Positions 7,407-15,784 of a stretch of 28,080 nucleotides of DNA are shown here, piece after piece. Each line of letters starts with the position of its first letter. Position 1 is the first letter of the stretch. The position numbers and the translations under genes are program-made. The notes beneath the pieces are model-generated. The model was given only the letters and a program-made list of their open reading frames with translations, ran no database searches and was not told the DNA's origin. This stretch comes from a virus (taxonomy: Duplodnaviria; Caudoviricetes): the IMG/VR virus record IMGVR_UViG_3300027852_000470, positions 1 to 28,080 of that record; one strand, written 5' to 3'.

Positions 7407-7451
7407 AAAGGCGCTGTGTTTCCGGGGAATTGAAATATTGGGGTTAGCGCC
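7405..7451 (-). terminator. possible large-loop terminator
   Basis: GGCGCT (7451-7446) / AGCGCC (7415-7410) followed by TTTTT; the 30-nt loop is atypical. Confidence 0.3.
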
Positions 7452-7809
7452 CGCCCCCGTCGCGTGTCTCGGCCTGTTTTACGACTTCAGCCAGGACTTC
7501 AGGTTCAAACTTGCTATTGCAGATTTTATTCAGGCTTTCGTGATTTCTGGCTTGTTCGGCAATTGCAGATCCAAGAAGGCTGGAAACATTCGAAAACATA
7601 TCGTAATTATCCGCGAATGTAAGATTGCTGATACCAACGCTTCGTCCCTGTTCATTGTTTCCGAGCCCTTCAAGGCTGGTTCTTCCTTCGTCGGCAAGCC
7701 TCATTGCATCACGAAGGCACCGCTCCATAGCAATGTTACGGGATGAAGTGCCAACCATTGCCGCCATTGCGTCTGGCGTAACATCTTCAAGTTTGATCTT
7801 GTCTGCCAT
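7444..7809 (-). CDS. hypothetical helical protein ending in DGGGR
   Basis: AAGGA SD; 3 nt downstream of the previous gene. Confidence 0.7.
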   Translation of the reverse strand: MADKIKLEDVTPDAMAAMVGTSSRNIAMERCLRDAMRLADEGRTSLEGLGNNEQGRSVGISNLTFADNYDMFSNVSSLLGSAIAEQARNHESLNKICNSKFEPEVLAEVVKQAETRDGGGR

Positions 7810-7812
7810 TTT

Positions 7813-8067
7813 TTATATTCCTTTTGGGTTTCTGGCTAAACGACTAGCGTTAACTCGATCCTGTGTCTTTACCCCGGCAGCCACATCGCGGACCAGAGCG
7901 GGTCTTGCTGACACATCGTCTCCAACATCGACAACATAAGTATTGGCGTTTTTGCGGGCAACCTCTACGCCATCTTCTACGTAGACTGTATTCTCCGATA
8001 CTTCCATTCGTCCGTCAGGTAAAACCATAATTATTTCTTCCGTCTTTTTAGTAATTGGCATTTCCAA
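7813..8067 (-). CDS. putative tail fibre assembly/chaperone-like protein
   Basis: Directly follows the fibre gene; I-VL-DG--EV...EDG-EVAR...GDDVS pattern. Confidence 0.55.
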   Translation of the reverse strand: MEMPITKKTEEIIMVLPDGRMEVSENTVYVEDGVEVARKNANTYVVDVGDDVSARPALVRDVAAGVKTQDRVNASRLARNPKGI

Positions 8068-8072
8068 TATCC

Positions 8073-8972
8073 TTATGTTGTCTGATAAACAAAGTTTGCG
8101 TAGAGCTCGCCTTCCGCCGTTGCTTCCGTTTCTGTCACCGAAACACTACCTGTCGTGGTCGAAAATAACTGGAGCATGGCGTAACTTTGTCCAGGAACAA
8201 CATACCCACCCAGAATATTGGAGGCTGTCAAACTTAAACTGTTATAATACGCTATATTGAGAGCGCCACGCGATAGCGTGGTAGAATCGCAAACAAACGG
8301 AAGCGCTCCGACCCGCATGTCTCCCGCCGCACCTCCAAGGCCAGACCATGCAAGCCTCATAGCGCCATAACATAATTTGCCAATCTTTACATACTCGCCC
8401 GTTTGATTGGTGTATGTTGGCGATCCCGCAGTGGTGGTTCCGTATAGGGTTGGCGTGAAGACTCCGACTACTTGCCCTTCCTGTGCCGCAATAGCCTGAC
8501 CGACCCTTTGAGCAGTCCAGAACCTTGTTGTTGTTGCTGTTCCCGCCTCGGCCTCCGCCTGACTGACGACAGAAAGATTAATGTCCGCCTCTTCTACGGT
8601 ATCCGTAGCGTCCGTCACCCATGTAATAGTAGATGTCCCGATTGTAATGTCATTAGCGGTAGTTACACGGTATCTTACCCCGCCCGCTACAGTTCCGCCC
8701 GCAACATAAACAACCGTTCCCTGAACAACGTCTCTCGTCCCGTTAAAATCAACTGAGCGTGTCCATGAACCGGAGCTTACATCATAGATTCCATTCTCTA
8801 CGCCGTCCGTCTGGTCTTTTACAAGAACACGCTCATCTGCAACCACGGCGACACCATCAATTGTTTGCGTCCCCGACAATGTTATATTTGCTGTCGTCGC
8901 AGCAGCCACAGGAGCCTTGATAGCAAGACTTGCTGTTACGCCATTCAGCCTGTCTGTTGTTGTAGATGTCAT
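8073..8972 (-). CDS. tail fibre / receptor-binding protein
   Basis: N-terminal KAPVAAATTANITLSG-QTIDGV...RVLVKDQT---ENGIY domain, SQAEAEAGT fibre repeat, C-terminal GVFTPTL...GEYVKIG beta domain. Confidence 0.8.
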   Translation of the reverse strand: MTSTTTDRLNGVTASLAIKAPVAAATTANITLSGTQTIDGVAVVADERVLVKDQTDGVENGIYDVSSGSWTRSVDFNGTRDVVQGTVVYVAGGTVAGGVRYRVTTANDITIGTSTITWVTDATDTVEEADINLSVVSQAEAEAGTATTTRFWTAQRVGQAIAAQEGQVVGVFTPTLYGTTTAGSPTYTNQTGEYVKIGKLCYGAMRLAWSGLGGAAGDMRVGALPFVCDSTTLSRGALNIAYYNSLSLTASNILGGYVVPGQSYAMLQLFSTTTGSVSVTETEATAEGELYANFVYQTT

Positions 8973-8988
8973 TCTGTTGCTCCAATAA

Positions 8989-9017
8989 TTGCATTATACA
9001 CTTTATTGTTATACAAT
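8989..9017 (+). promoter_or_regulatory. sigma70-type promoter TTGCAT-N17-TACAAT
   Basis: -35 at 8989-8994, -10 at 9012-9017, GGAGG SD at 9028-9032. Confidence 0.75.
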
Positions 9018-9038
9018 CCTACCCCTCGGAGGATAATC

Positions 9039-9299
9039 ATGAAATACATACTTGTTTTTATACTCTTTGCGCTTTCATCTTGCGCGGCATCAACAGACGC
9101 GGCTATGAAAACATGGGTTGGTCACCCGGAGCCCGAACTCCTGTCAGTATGGGGAGCCCCTGACAAGACAACGACTTCAGGCACCAAGACAATCCATACA
9201 TGGGCCGGACGAAACACTTACGGCCAAATAATCTGCTCAAAAACCTTTGTCGTCGCCAACACAAGAATTGAATCCTATTCAACAGATTGTTTCTTCTAG
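9039..9299 (+). CDS. 86-aa lipoprotein moron, antisense to the late operon
   Basis: MKYILVFILFALSSC lipobox; WVG-PE-ELL-VWGAPD resembles SmpA/BamE/BLIP-like domains; two further Cys. Confidence 0.8.
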   Translation: MKYILVFILFALSSCAASTDAAMKTWVGHPEPELLSVWGAPDKTTTSGTKTIHTWAGRNTYGQIICSKTFVVANTRIESYSTDCFF

Positions 9300-12200
9300 T
9301 TCCTGTAATCTTTTTTAACAAACGCCTCGACAGGATTAAACCCGTCTTTTTCACCTGCCATATAGTCAGTGAAATATTCTCCCATAATTAATGCCTGTCC
9401 AGTCGGTATCGGAACTGGAGAAACAACGCCAAGGGTTTTGACGCCCGCCCTCACCAGCGCCTTGTCTATTTCGCCTTGCTTGACCTGATCTGCAAACTTC
9501 ACAATATTTCTGGCGGCGCCTGCTGCCGGAGAAACCTCATATTGGAAATCGCCAATTGTCGAAGAGGCAATATCACGAACAAAAGGAATACCGCTCATCA
9601 GGTGCATAGCCCATATTTCAGCCATCCACTCGCCATAGCTTTCATCATCGTCCGGCCCACCTACCCCGGCAAGGTGGTAGCCTATCTCTATCGCTACCGA
9701 TGGAATAAATGTCAACAGCATCATATTAAATGAAAACTGTGTTATTTGCGCAGGCGTTGGATTGCGTTTCAGCATTTTAGCTTCATCAATTACCATATTA
9801 TTCATAGATGAAAAATACGTCATGAACATTGTAAACAGCCGTTGCCCCTCACCTCCCTTTTGTATTGGCGCAAGGTCTTTAGCCGAGCCCGAGCCCTGCG
9901 TTTGCCGAACAACAGAATTTGCGTATTCTACAGCCGCATCGTCTCCCTTATCTGCATAATTATCGAGGTGCCACCCATAAGCCGCCGTCCATGTTGGAAG
10001 GTCAACCGCTAACTGCATTTTAGCGATATGCCAGAAAAAAGAATCCTCGTAATATGATAAAGGCCCTTTCTTCAGCTTCTTTGTCGCATCATGAATATCA
10101 CGGTCAAAGGTTCTTGCCCTTTCACGCATAAAGGAAGACTTTTCATAAATGGCTTCCGTGTTTTTCTTTATTGTCGCCGGAGATCCATAAAAATCCTTAA
10201 TCCCTTTCATGGAATATTTAAGCCCGTCGACAACGCCAGCATCCTGAATAAACCGTGCCATTGTCTGCGTATATCCTAAAGGCTGGACCAAGGCAGTAGT
10301 AAGCTTGTACCCCATCGCCATTATCGTTGCGCGTTTACGAACATGACTGAATACTTTATCGGCAATGGATGTCGGAACCACTGAATCACCGGCGACAGAA
10401 TCGACCAGCCAGTCGCGCAGGATATCTATCTGCGTCTCGCCAACGGTTTCCCGAAGTGTCTGTATCATTTCAGGATGATTGATAATCTTTGTCGCATCAA
10501 TAGCCGCTTTTCGAAACGACAAATCATGGATGGTTTCGTCAACGGCTTCAAAGAAAGTGCCAAGGTCAAGGCGTATCACCATGCCATTAATCGGAGCCAG
10601 TCTTTCCTTTGTCCTGCCCTGATTGGTTGTTGGCCGCCCGATATCACCCATAACCATACGCTTATAGACATCTTCTGCATTATTCCGTTTCGCCTGATCT
10701 GACAGGCGCGATGAATATTTAATCGGATAATACCCGCCGTCATACGTACCATAAGGAGTCTCTACAGGCACGGCTTCGACCTTTGGCGCTGCATAACCCT
10801 TTGTTTCCTTATCGAGCGTGACGGTTTCCTCCCAGAATGTGTCTATATAATCCCATGCAGATTGTACCATGTCCCAGTCACGTTTATTCATTCTAGCAAG
10901 GACAGCCTCTAGCCCTGCTTCGCTCCATCCATTGCCCTTTAACAGCTTTGCGCGGTTATCGGCATTGCCAACATTCAATGCTACTGAAATAATACTTTCT
11001 TTTGTCAGGCTGTCATTGATTTCTGGAATGAAGAATTTATGCGTGAATAGATGCCTTGCCTCTTTTCCCGTGAAATCCTCGAATATTTCCTTTATTGTCG
11101 ATGCCGCTTCGCCGCGCCGTTCTTGCAGATTATCGTCAGCCTTGGCTATAATCTGGAATAGATATTCATGCATAGGCCCGGGTTTGAATCCGTCCAGTTC
11201 ACGCATGAAGGCTTCAGTCTTACGCAAGCTGGCCTTATGCTCGAACCTGGACAGTATTTTTTCTTTATCGGTCAATGAAAGTTTACGTTGTCTGGTCTTT
11301 CCCTTCCAATTCTGCCAGATAGAGCCGGTTATTTCATCGACAACAGCATTCAGTTCGCGTTTGGCCTTGTCAGACAATAGTCTGTTCTTTAACCGCCCTA
11401 CTTTGGCAAGATGGTCTACAGTGTCTTTCAGGCCCCGTAGTTCCTCCATTGTCGTGTCTTTGTAGTGCTGCCGCTTTGAATCATTCAATAGATTGTCAGG
11501 GACGCTCACAGGCTCGTTATTCTCGTTTTTCTCTGCTACCCATGCCGCAAGGCTCTTGCGCTTCTCTATGGCCTTCAGAGAGACAGCACGGCGAAAGTCG
11601 TATTTTTCCAGAAGTGCTGATATTTGCTCCCTGTATTCAGGGTCTACGCTGTTCTTTTTACTTGTTGAGCGGTCAAACGCCCGGCTCATCTTGTCCAGTT
11701 CGTCTTTTGCGTTTCTGGCTTCCATCGCAAGGTAATGATTAAGGATCTGTTTTAGCTTGGCTTCCCTTGCCGTTTCAAAGTCTTTTTTCAATAGCGCCCG
11801 CGTTGCGTCACGGGATGCCTTCTGTGATGCCGCTGTATAGCGTCCGACCTGAATAGCCTCATTGGACTTCTTGCCAGCAATAATTCGTATCGCAGCCGCC
11901 TTGGCCACAGATGCAGGAGTAGGATTGTCGCCTGTTTTAACGGACAAAGCCTTTAGCTCCATTGCAAGGAATTGCCCGCGCTCGTCATTCATCACCGCTT
12001 CGCTTGCCGCTTCCGCAGCCTGCCCCTTGTTTTCTGTCAGGGAGCCATGACGTTCCTTCATTACCTTATCGGCTTCCGCGTCAATCTCTGCATTGCGCTC
12101 GGTCTTGTTCTTTGCGTTATTCATCAAGGCAAAAAGCAGTTCATCGCCAGATGTCAGGCCGACAGTATCAGCAATGAAATCAGGATGAATGCCGCCCTCT

Positions 12201-15200
12201 TTTCTTGTGATGCCGTGAGGCAGTCTTTTTAATGCTTCCTCGCCATGCATATCGACTACAGCGCCACGCGATAGAGGGTTTTTGTCACGGATAAGGTCAA
12301 GAGCCCTGTAGGCCGGCCTTGCATTGATTTCTTCAGCTACTTCCGCACGGACATTGACACGCTCGTCTTTCCACTGCGCGGTTGCCTCGCGGGTTTCTTC
12401 TGCAATTTTCCGCTTCTCTAGCTCATCAGTTGCTTTTTCAGAGGCCCGTTGCGCCGCTTCCGCATACGCCTTGCCACCGTCCGGCATGATTTCTGACATT
12501 GTGTCCAAGGCAACAAACCTGTTTACCTGTTCGGCTTCTGCTATCTCTGCGTCTGTCGCCAGTAGTCTGTCAAACACGCCCCTGATTTCGTCGTTAATCT
12601 CTACATCAAGCTTGAGAAGTGTTTTATAGACATCAATCAGCCATGCCCGCATACGTGAGAAAGCGCCTTGAAGTTCGGTCGATGGTGCCTTTCCTTCTCG
12701 TAAGTATGCCTCGAATGCTCTGGCCATTTTCTCTTGTGGCTCGGTCTGGTTAAACCCCTCAATGGTTTCCGCACCGGCGAACTTCATCATCACGCCAAAA
12801 TCAGCCGCAGCCTTTTCATTGGTTTCAGCAAGTTTTGATAGTGTGTTTACAAAGAAATGCCCGCTTTCATGTAAAAAAGAACTTAAATTTTTGTTTTTAC
12901 CGAGATTAATAATCGTCTTGTCAGGAAAGAACTGAATTGATGCGAGTTTGTCATCTTGATACAGTATCTGTGCGTCGTCAGGGTCAAAGGTGCCTCGATT
13001 GTGGATGGATTTGATTTGGGAAGGTTCGAACACAACATAATGGTCTGCAATCTGTTCCGTCAACCCAACAGCATCATCAAGGTTTTTAATTATTACCCCA
13101 TCATATCCATCACGTTTAGCATTCTGTATTTGCTTAGAAATATTATCCTCAATGGCTGTATAAAATTCTCCTTTGGCGTCAATTACTAACGGATTTTTTA
13201 TAGATAGATACGTTGGAACAATATTTTGACCATTGAGACGATTACTAAAGTCCGCAAAACCGGCATCAAGCTTTTCGGCTTCAATTATTTTTTCATCGTA
13301 AGTGGCCCAATCTCTTTTTTTCTCGGCATTTTCCGCTTCTTTTAATATTTTTTGCACACGAACATCAGTAGCAGAATAATCAGCGTAGCTTTGTGCCGTT
13401 CGATGATCACTAGTAAAAAAAAATCCTTGCCCAGCACTATTAGCTCCAGTGGCTACGCCAAGTTTCTGAGGGTCAAACGAGACAATATTGGCATCAGTCC
13501 CATGATAGACTACTAGAGGCTTGCCGCTCTCATCGACAACCTTGCTATCGCCAAACCATTTCTTGAAAGCATCAGTCTGTTCAAACTCTATGCCGCCGAC
13601 TTCGCCCGTTGCCTTATCAAGCGCCGCCTTGATTTCTTCGTTCGTCGCATCAATATCAATGCCGAGACGGTCAATCATTTCTTCAAGGTCTTTGGATGCC
13701 CGAACTCTTGCTGCTTCCGCCTCGTTACCCGAGCCCTCGACATATAACTCTTCACCTGTCAGGGCGTCGATAAACCCGGCCAGATCCATTTGCTCGTTTT
13801 CAGGGAAAAACCCGGATTCAACCGCTGCTGTCATCACATCGTCAAGGGCTTGTCCGTCATCACGCAGCATCTTGCGCTGGAAGGGTTTTAACTCTTTGTC
13901 AAGCCCTTCTAAATCGCCTCTGTCGTCCTTAACGCCAAGATTGCGGGCGAACTCTTGCAGGCTTTCACCGAACAGTTTTGTATCACTCGCAGCTATTCCG
14001 CGCCGCGTCCGGTCAATAATCAGGTCAAGGCTGTCAATTTGTGATTTAACGCTTTCAGGAAACGGGCCTTTAATCGCAAGGTTTCCATAAATGGTTTCAG
14101 GATCAACGTTATATCTTTCCTGCATTACCTTTGCATGAGCTTTGTGTAGCGCCGCTTGTTGTGTTGCGTTCGCAGGAGTTTCCCCCGCTGTCATAAGCTG
14201 TTCTTTGACATTATCAAAAACGCGGTCTACCGGGGCTTGTGCCTTTCTGATTGTCTCATCTGTTTTCAGGGCTTCCTGATATTCACTTTCAAACAGGTCT
14301 GTGATTTCATCATTAAACTGATTTGCCTCGTTTACCGTCATGTCATCAGTATGAAACTTGATATCACCGGCCAGCGCCTTGTGTGCATCTGTCCCGGCTA
14401 TACTGGTTTGGTAATCTTCAAGGGGGATAGGAACAAACTGGCCAGTCGCTTCCGCTTCTTCAATTTGCGCCTCATAGTCGCCAATGTCAAAACTTTGATA
14501 TAATGTTCGGAGGGCTTCAGGAGCAACATAGACATTTTCCACGGTTCCCGCTTTACGCACCTGTTCAACAAACTCACGGTATTTGGCTGGAAGGCGTTCA
14601 CGCACCCTGGATGCAGCCGCATTGTCACCCATTGCCTGAATGACCGCTTCTGTCTGTTTTGCCTTGTTAGCCTTAATCCGGTCCTGCATTATTCCCGCGC
14701 CGCCACGACCCGCGCCCAGTAATGTACGGAACAAGGCACCCGCACCACCGGCAGCAAGCGCCTCACGGTCTAATCCTTCTGTGAGGTTTTTGTCAGGGTC
14801 ATACGTCATCATTGCAGACAGGTTATGCATGATGCCTTCAATGACCTCTTGTCCCGCCTCTATGCCACCGGCAATCGCTTTATCAGTAATCCACCTGAGA
14901 ACATTGCTCTTGATTTTGGGAGGAACACGATTAAGCAGGGCGTCAAGGCCCATTTTCTCGGTTAAGGCAGTAACCGCGCCGCCCGTCAGAATAGCAGCGT
15001 CTTTATCCGCTTGGGAGCCTTGGCTTAATTCAGCATCTTGCGCGACGATATCGGTGCCTTGCCCAAACAACGCACCCACTTGAGCCGGAGCCCCGAAAAT
15101 ACCGATAAGAATCTGTGCCGATATCTGGCCAACACCGCCCGTTATGTCTGTTGCGAGATTCTGTCTCTCAGGAGGAACGCCTATTTCTTTTCCAAGGTCC

Positions 15201-15784
15201 ACCCACGGGCCACCTGTTTCTTTTAATAGCTCAGAAGGGCTGGCCCACCAAGGCAAGACAGGTTTTTCAAAGAAATCCGCTGCTTCATCAAGACCGAGAG
15301 CGCGAAGGGGATGGACAGACAAATACCTTCCCAACGATTCCCACGCCTCGCCAACACCGCGCACCATCCGTCCCGGCGTAGCAACAGCCTCACCGGCAGG
15401 AGCCCTCACAAACGTATCAACAGCATCAAAGTCTTTCCAAAGCTTTTCATACCATGCAAGGTTTTCTACATCATCATGTCCGATTTTCGCATTGTCAGGA
15501 TTAGCCATAAATCGTGATGTAACAGGAGATTCCGCAAGGTCTTTGACAATCTTGTTGCTGCGCTCATGTTGTTCAAGCTCTTCAAGATTACGCTCGACCA
15601 TATCAACAGAAAGATTGGTTTTCTCTGAAATGCCGACTGCCTTTGATGCACTTTCCGGGTTAGACTTCAACCCATTGTTAATGGACGTTTGCAGGCTGAA
15701 ATCAAAATTAAGCGGACGACCTGCAGTATCCTTTGTTTCTTCATCAAGCGATGGAAGATTAAAATTAAAGTCAAGTTCAGCCAT
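9296..15784 (-). CDS. large internal virion/ejection protein (T7 gp16 position) with ART-like and HExxH peptidase-like domains
   Basis: 2162 aa; last of three internal-protein genes; FKKWFGDSKVVD--GKPLVVYHGT...GFFFT...YLSIKNP...GYDGVII...VVFEPSQIKS; FLHESGH...EKMARAFEAYL. Confidence 0.8.
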   Translation of the reverse strand: MAELDFNFNLPSLDEETKDTAGRPLNFDFSLQTSINNGLKSNPESASKAVGISEKTNLSVDMVERNLEELEQHERSNKIVKDLAESPVTSRFMANPDNAKIGHDDVENLAWYEKLWKDFDAVDTFVRAPAGEAVATPGRMVRGVGEAWESLGRYLSVHPLRALGLDEAADFFEKPVLPWWASPSELLKETGGPWVDLGKEIGVPPERQNLATDITGGVGQISAQILIGIFGAPAQVGALFGQGTDIVAQDAELSQGSQADKDAAILTGGAVTALTEKMGLDALLNRVPPKIKSNVLRWITDKAIAGGIEAGQEVIEGIMHNLSAMMTYDPDKNLTEGLDREALAAGGAGALFRTLLGAGRGGAGIMQDRIKANKAKQTEAVIQAMGDNAAASRVRERLPAKYREFVEQVRKAGTVENVYVAPEALRTLYQSFDIGDYEAQIEEAEATGQFVPIPLEDYQTSIAGTDAHKALAGDIKFHTDDMTVNEANQFNDEITDLFESEYQEALKTDETIRKAQAPVDRVFDNVKEQLMTAGETPANATQQAALHKAHAKVMQERYNVDPETIYGNLAIKGPFPESVKSQIDSLDLIIDRTRRGIAASDTKLFGESLQEFARNLGVKDDRGDLEGLDKELKPFQRKMLRDDGQALDDVMTAAVESGFFPENEQMDLAGFIDALTGEELYVEGSGNEAEAARVRASKDLEEMIDRLGIDIDATNEEIKAALDKATGEVGGIEFEQTDAFKKWFGDSKVVDESGKPLVVYHGTDANIVSFDPQKLGVATGANSAGQGFFFTSDHRTAQSYADYSATDVRVQKILKEAENAEKKRDWATYDEKIIEAEKLDAGFADFSNRLNGQNIVPTYLSIKNPLVIDAKGEFYTAIEDNISKQIQNAKRDGYDGVIIKNLDDAVGLTEQIADHYVVFEPSQIKSIHNRGTFDPDDAQILYQDDKLASIQFFPDKTIINLGKNKNLSSFLHESGHFFVNTLSKLAETNEKAAADFGVMMKFAGAETIEGFNQTEPQEKMARAFEAYLREGKAPSTELQGAFSRMRAWLIDVYKTLLKLDVEINDEIRGVFDRLLATDAEIAEAEQVNRFVALDTMSEIMPDGGKAYAEAAQRASEKATDELEKRKIAEETREATAQWKDERVNVRAEVAEEINARPAYRALDLIRDKNPLSRGAVVDMHGEEALKRLPHGITRKEGGIHPDFIADTVGLTSGDELLFALMNNAKNKTERNAEIDAEADKVMKERHGSLTENKGQAAEAASEAVMNDERGQFLAMELKALSVKTGDNPTPASVAKAAAIRIIAGKKSNEAIQVGRYTAASQKASRDATRALLKKDFETAREAKLKQILNHYLAMEARNAKDELDKMSRAFDRSTSKKNSVDPEYREQISALLEKYDFRRAVSLKAIEKRKSLAAWVAEKNENNEPVSVPDNLLNDSKRQHYKDTTMEELRGLKDTVDHLAKVGRLKNRLLSDKAKRELNAVVDEITGSIWQNWKGKTRQRKLSLTDKEKILSRFEHKASLRKTEAFMRELDGFKPGPMHEYLFQIIAKADDNLQERRGEAASTIKEIFEDFTGKEARHLFTHKFFIPEINDSLTKESIISVALNVGNADNRAKLLKGNGWSEAGLEAVLARMNKRDWDMVQSAWDYIDTFWEETVTLDKETKGYAAPKVEAVPVETPYGTYDGGYYPIKYSSRLSDQAKRNNAEDVYKRMVMGDIGRPTTNQGRTKERLAPINGMVIRLDLGTFFEAVDETIHDLSFRKAAIDATKIINHPEMIQTLRETVGETQIDILRDWLVDSVAGDSVVPTSIADKVFSHVRKRATIMAMGYKLTTALVQPLGYTQTMARFIQDAGVVDGLKYSMKGIKDFYGSPATIKKNTEAIYEKSSFMRERARTFDRDIHDATKKLKKGPLSYYEDSFFWHIAKMQLAVDLPTWTAAYGWHLDNYADKGDDAAVEYANSVVRQTQGSGSAKDLAPIQKGGEGQRLFTMFMTYFSSMNNMVIDEAKMLKRNPTPAQITQFSFNMMLLTFIPSVAIEIGYHLAGVGGPDDDESYGEWMAEIWAMHLMSGIPFVRDIASSTIGDFQYEVSPAAGAARNIVKFADQVKQGEIDKALVRAGVKTLGVVSPVPIPTGQALIMGEYFTDYMAGEKDGFNPVEAFVKKDYRN

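Noticed and set aside
8865-9038. Longer 144-aa version of the lipoprotein
   Set aside because: Overlaps the fibre gene; promoter, SD and signal peptide all point to ATG 9039
8073-9299. Diversity-generating retroelement, suggested by the BPP-1-like gene order
   Set aside because: No reverse transcriptase, Avd or TR/VR repeat pair seen in this window
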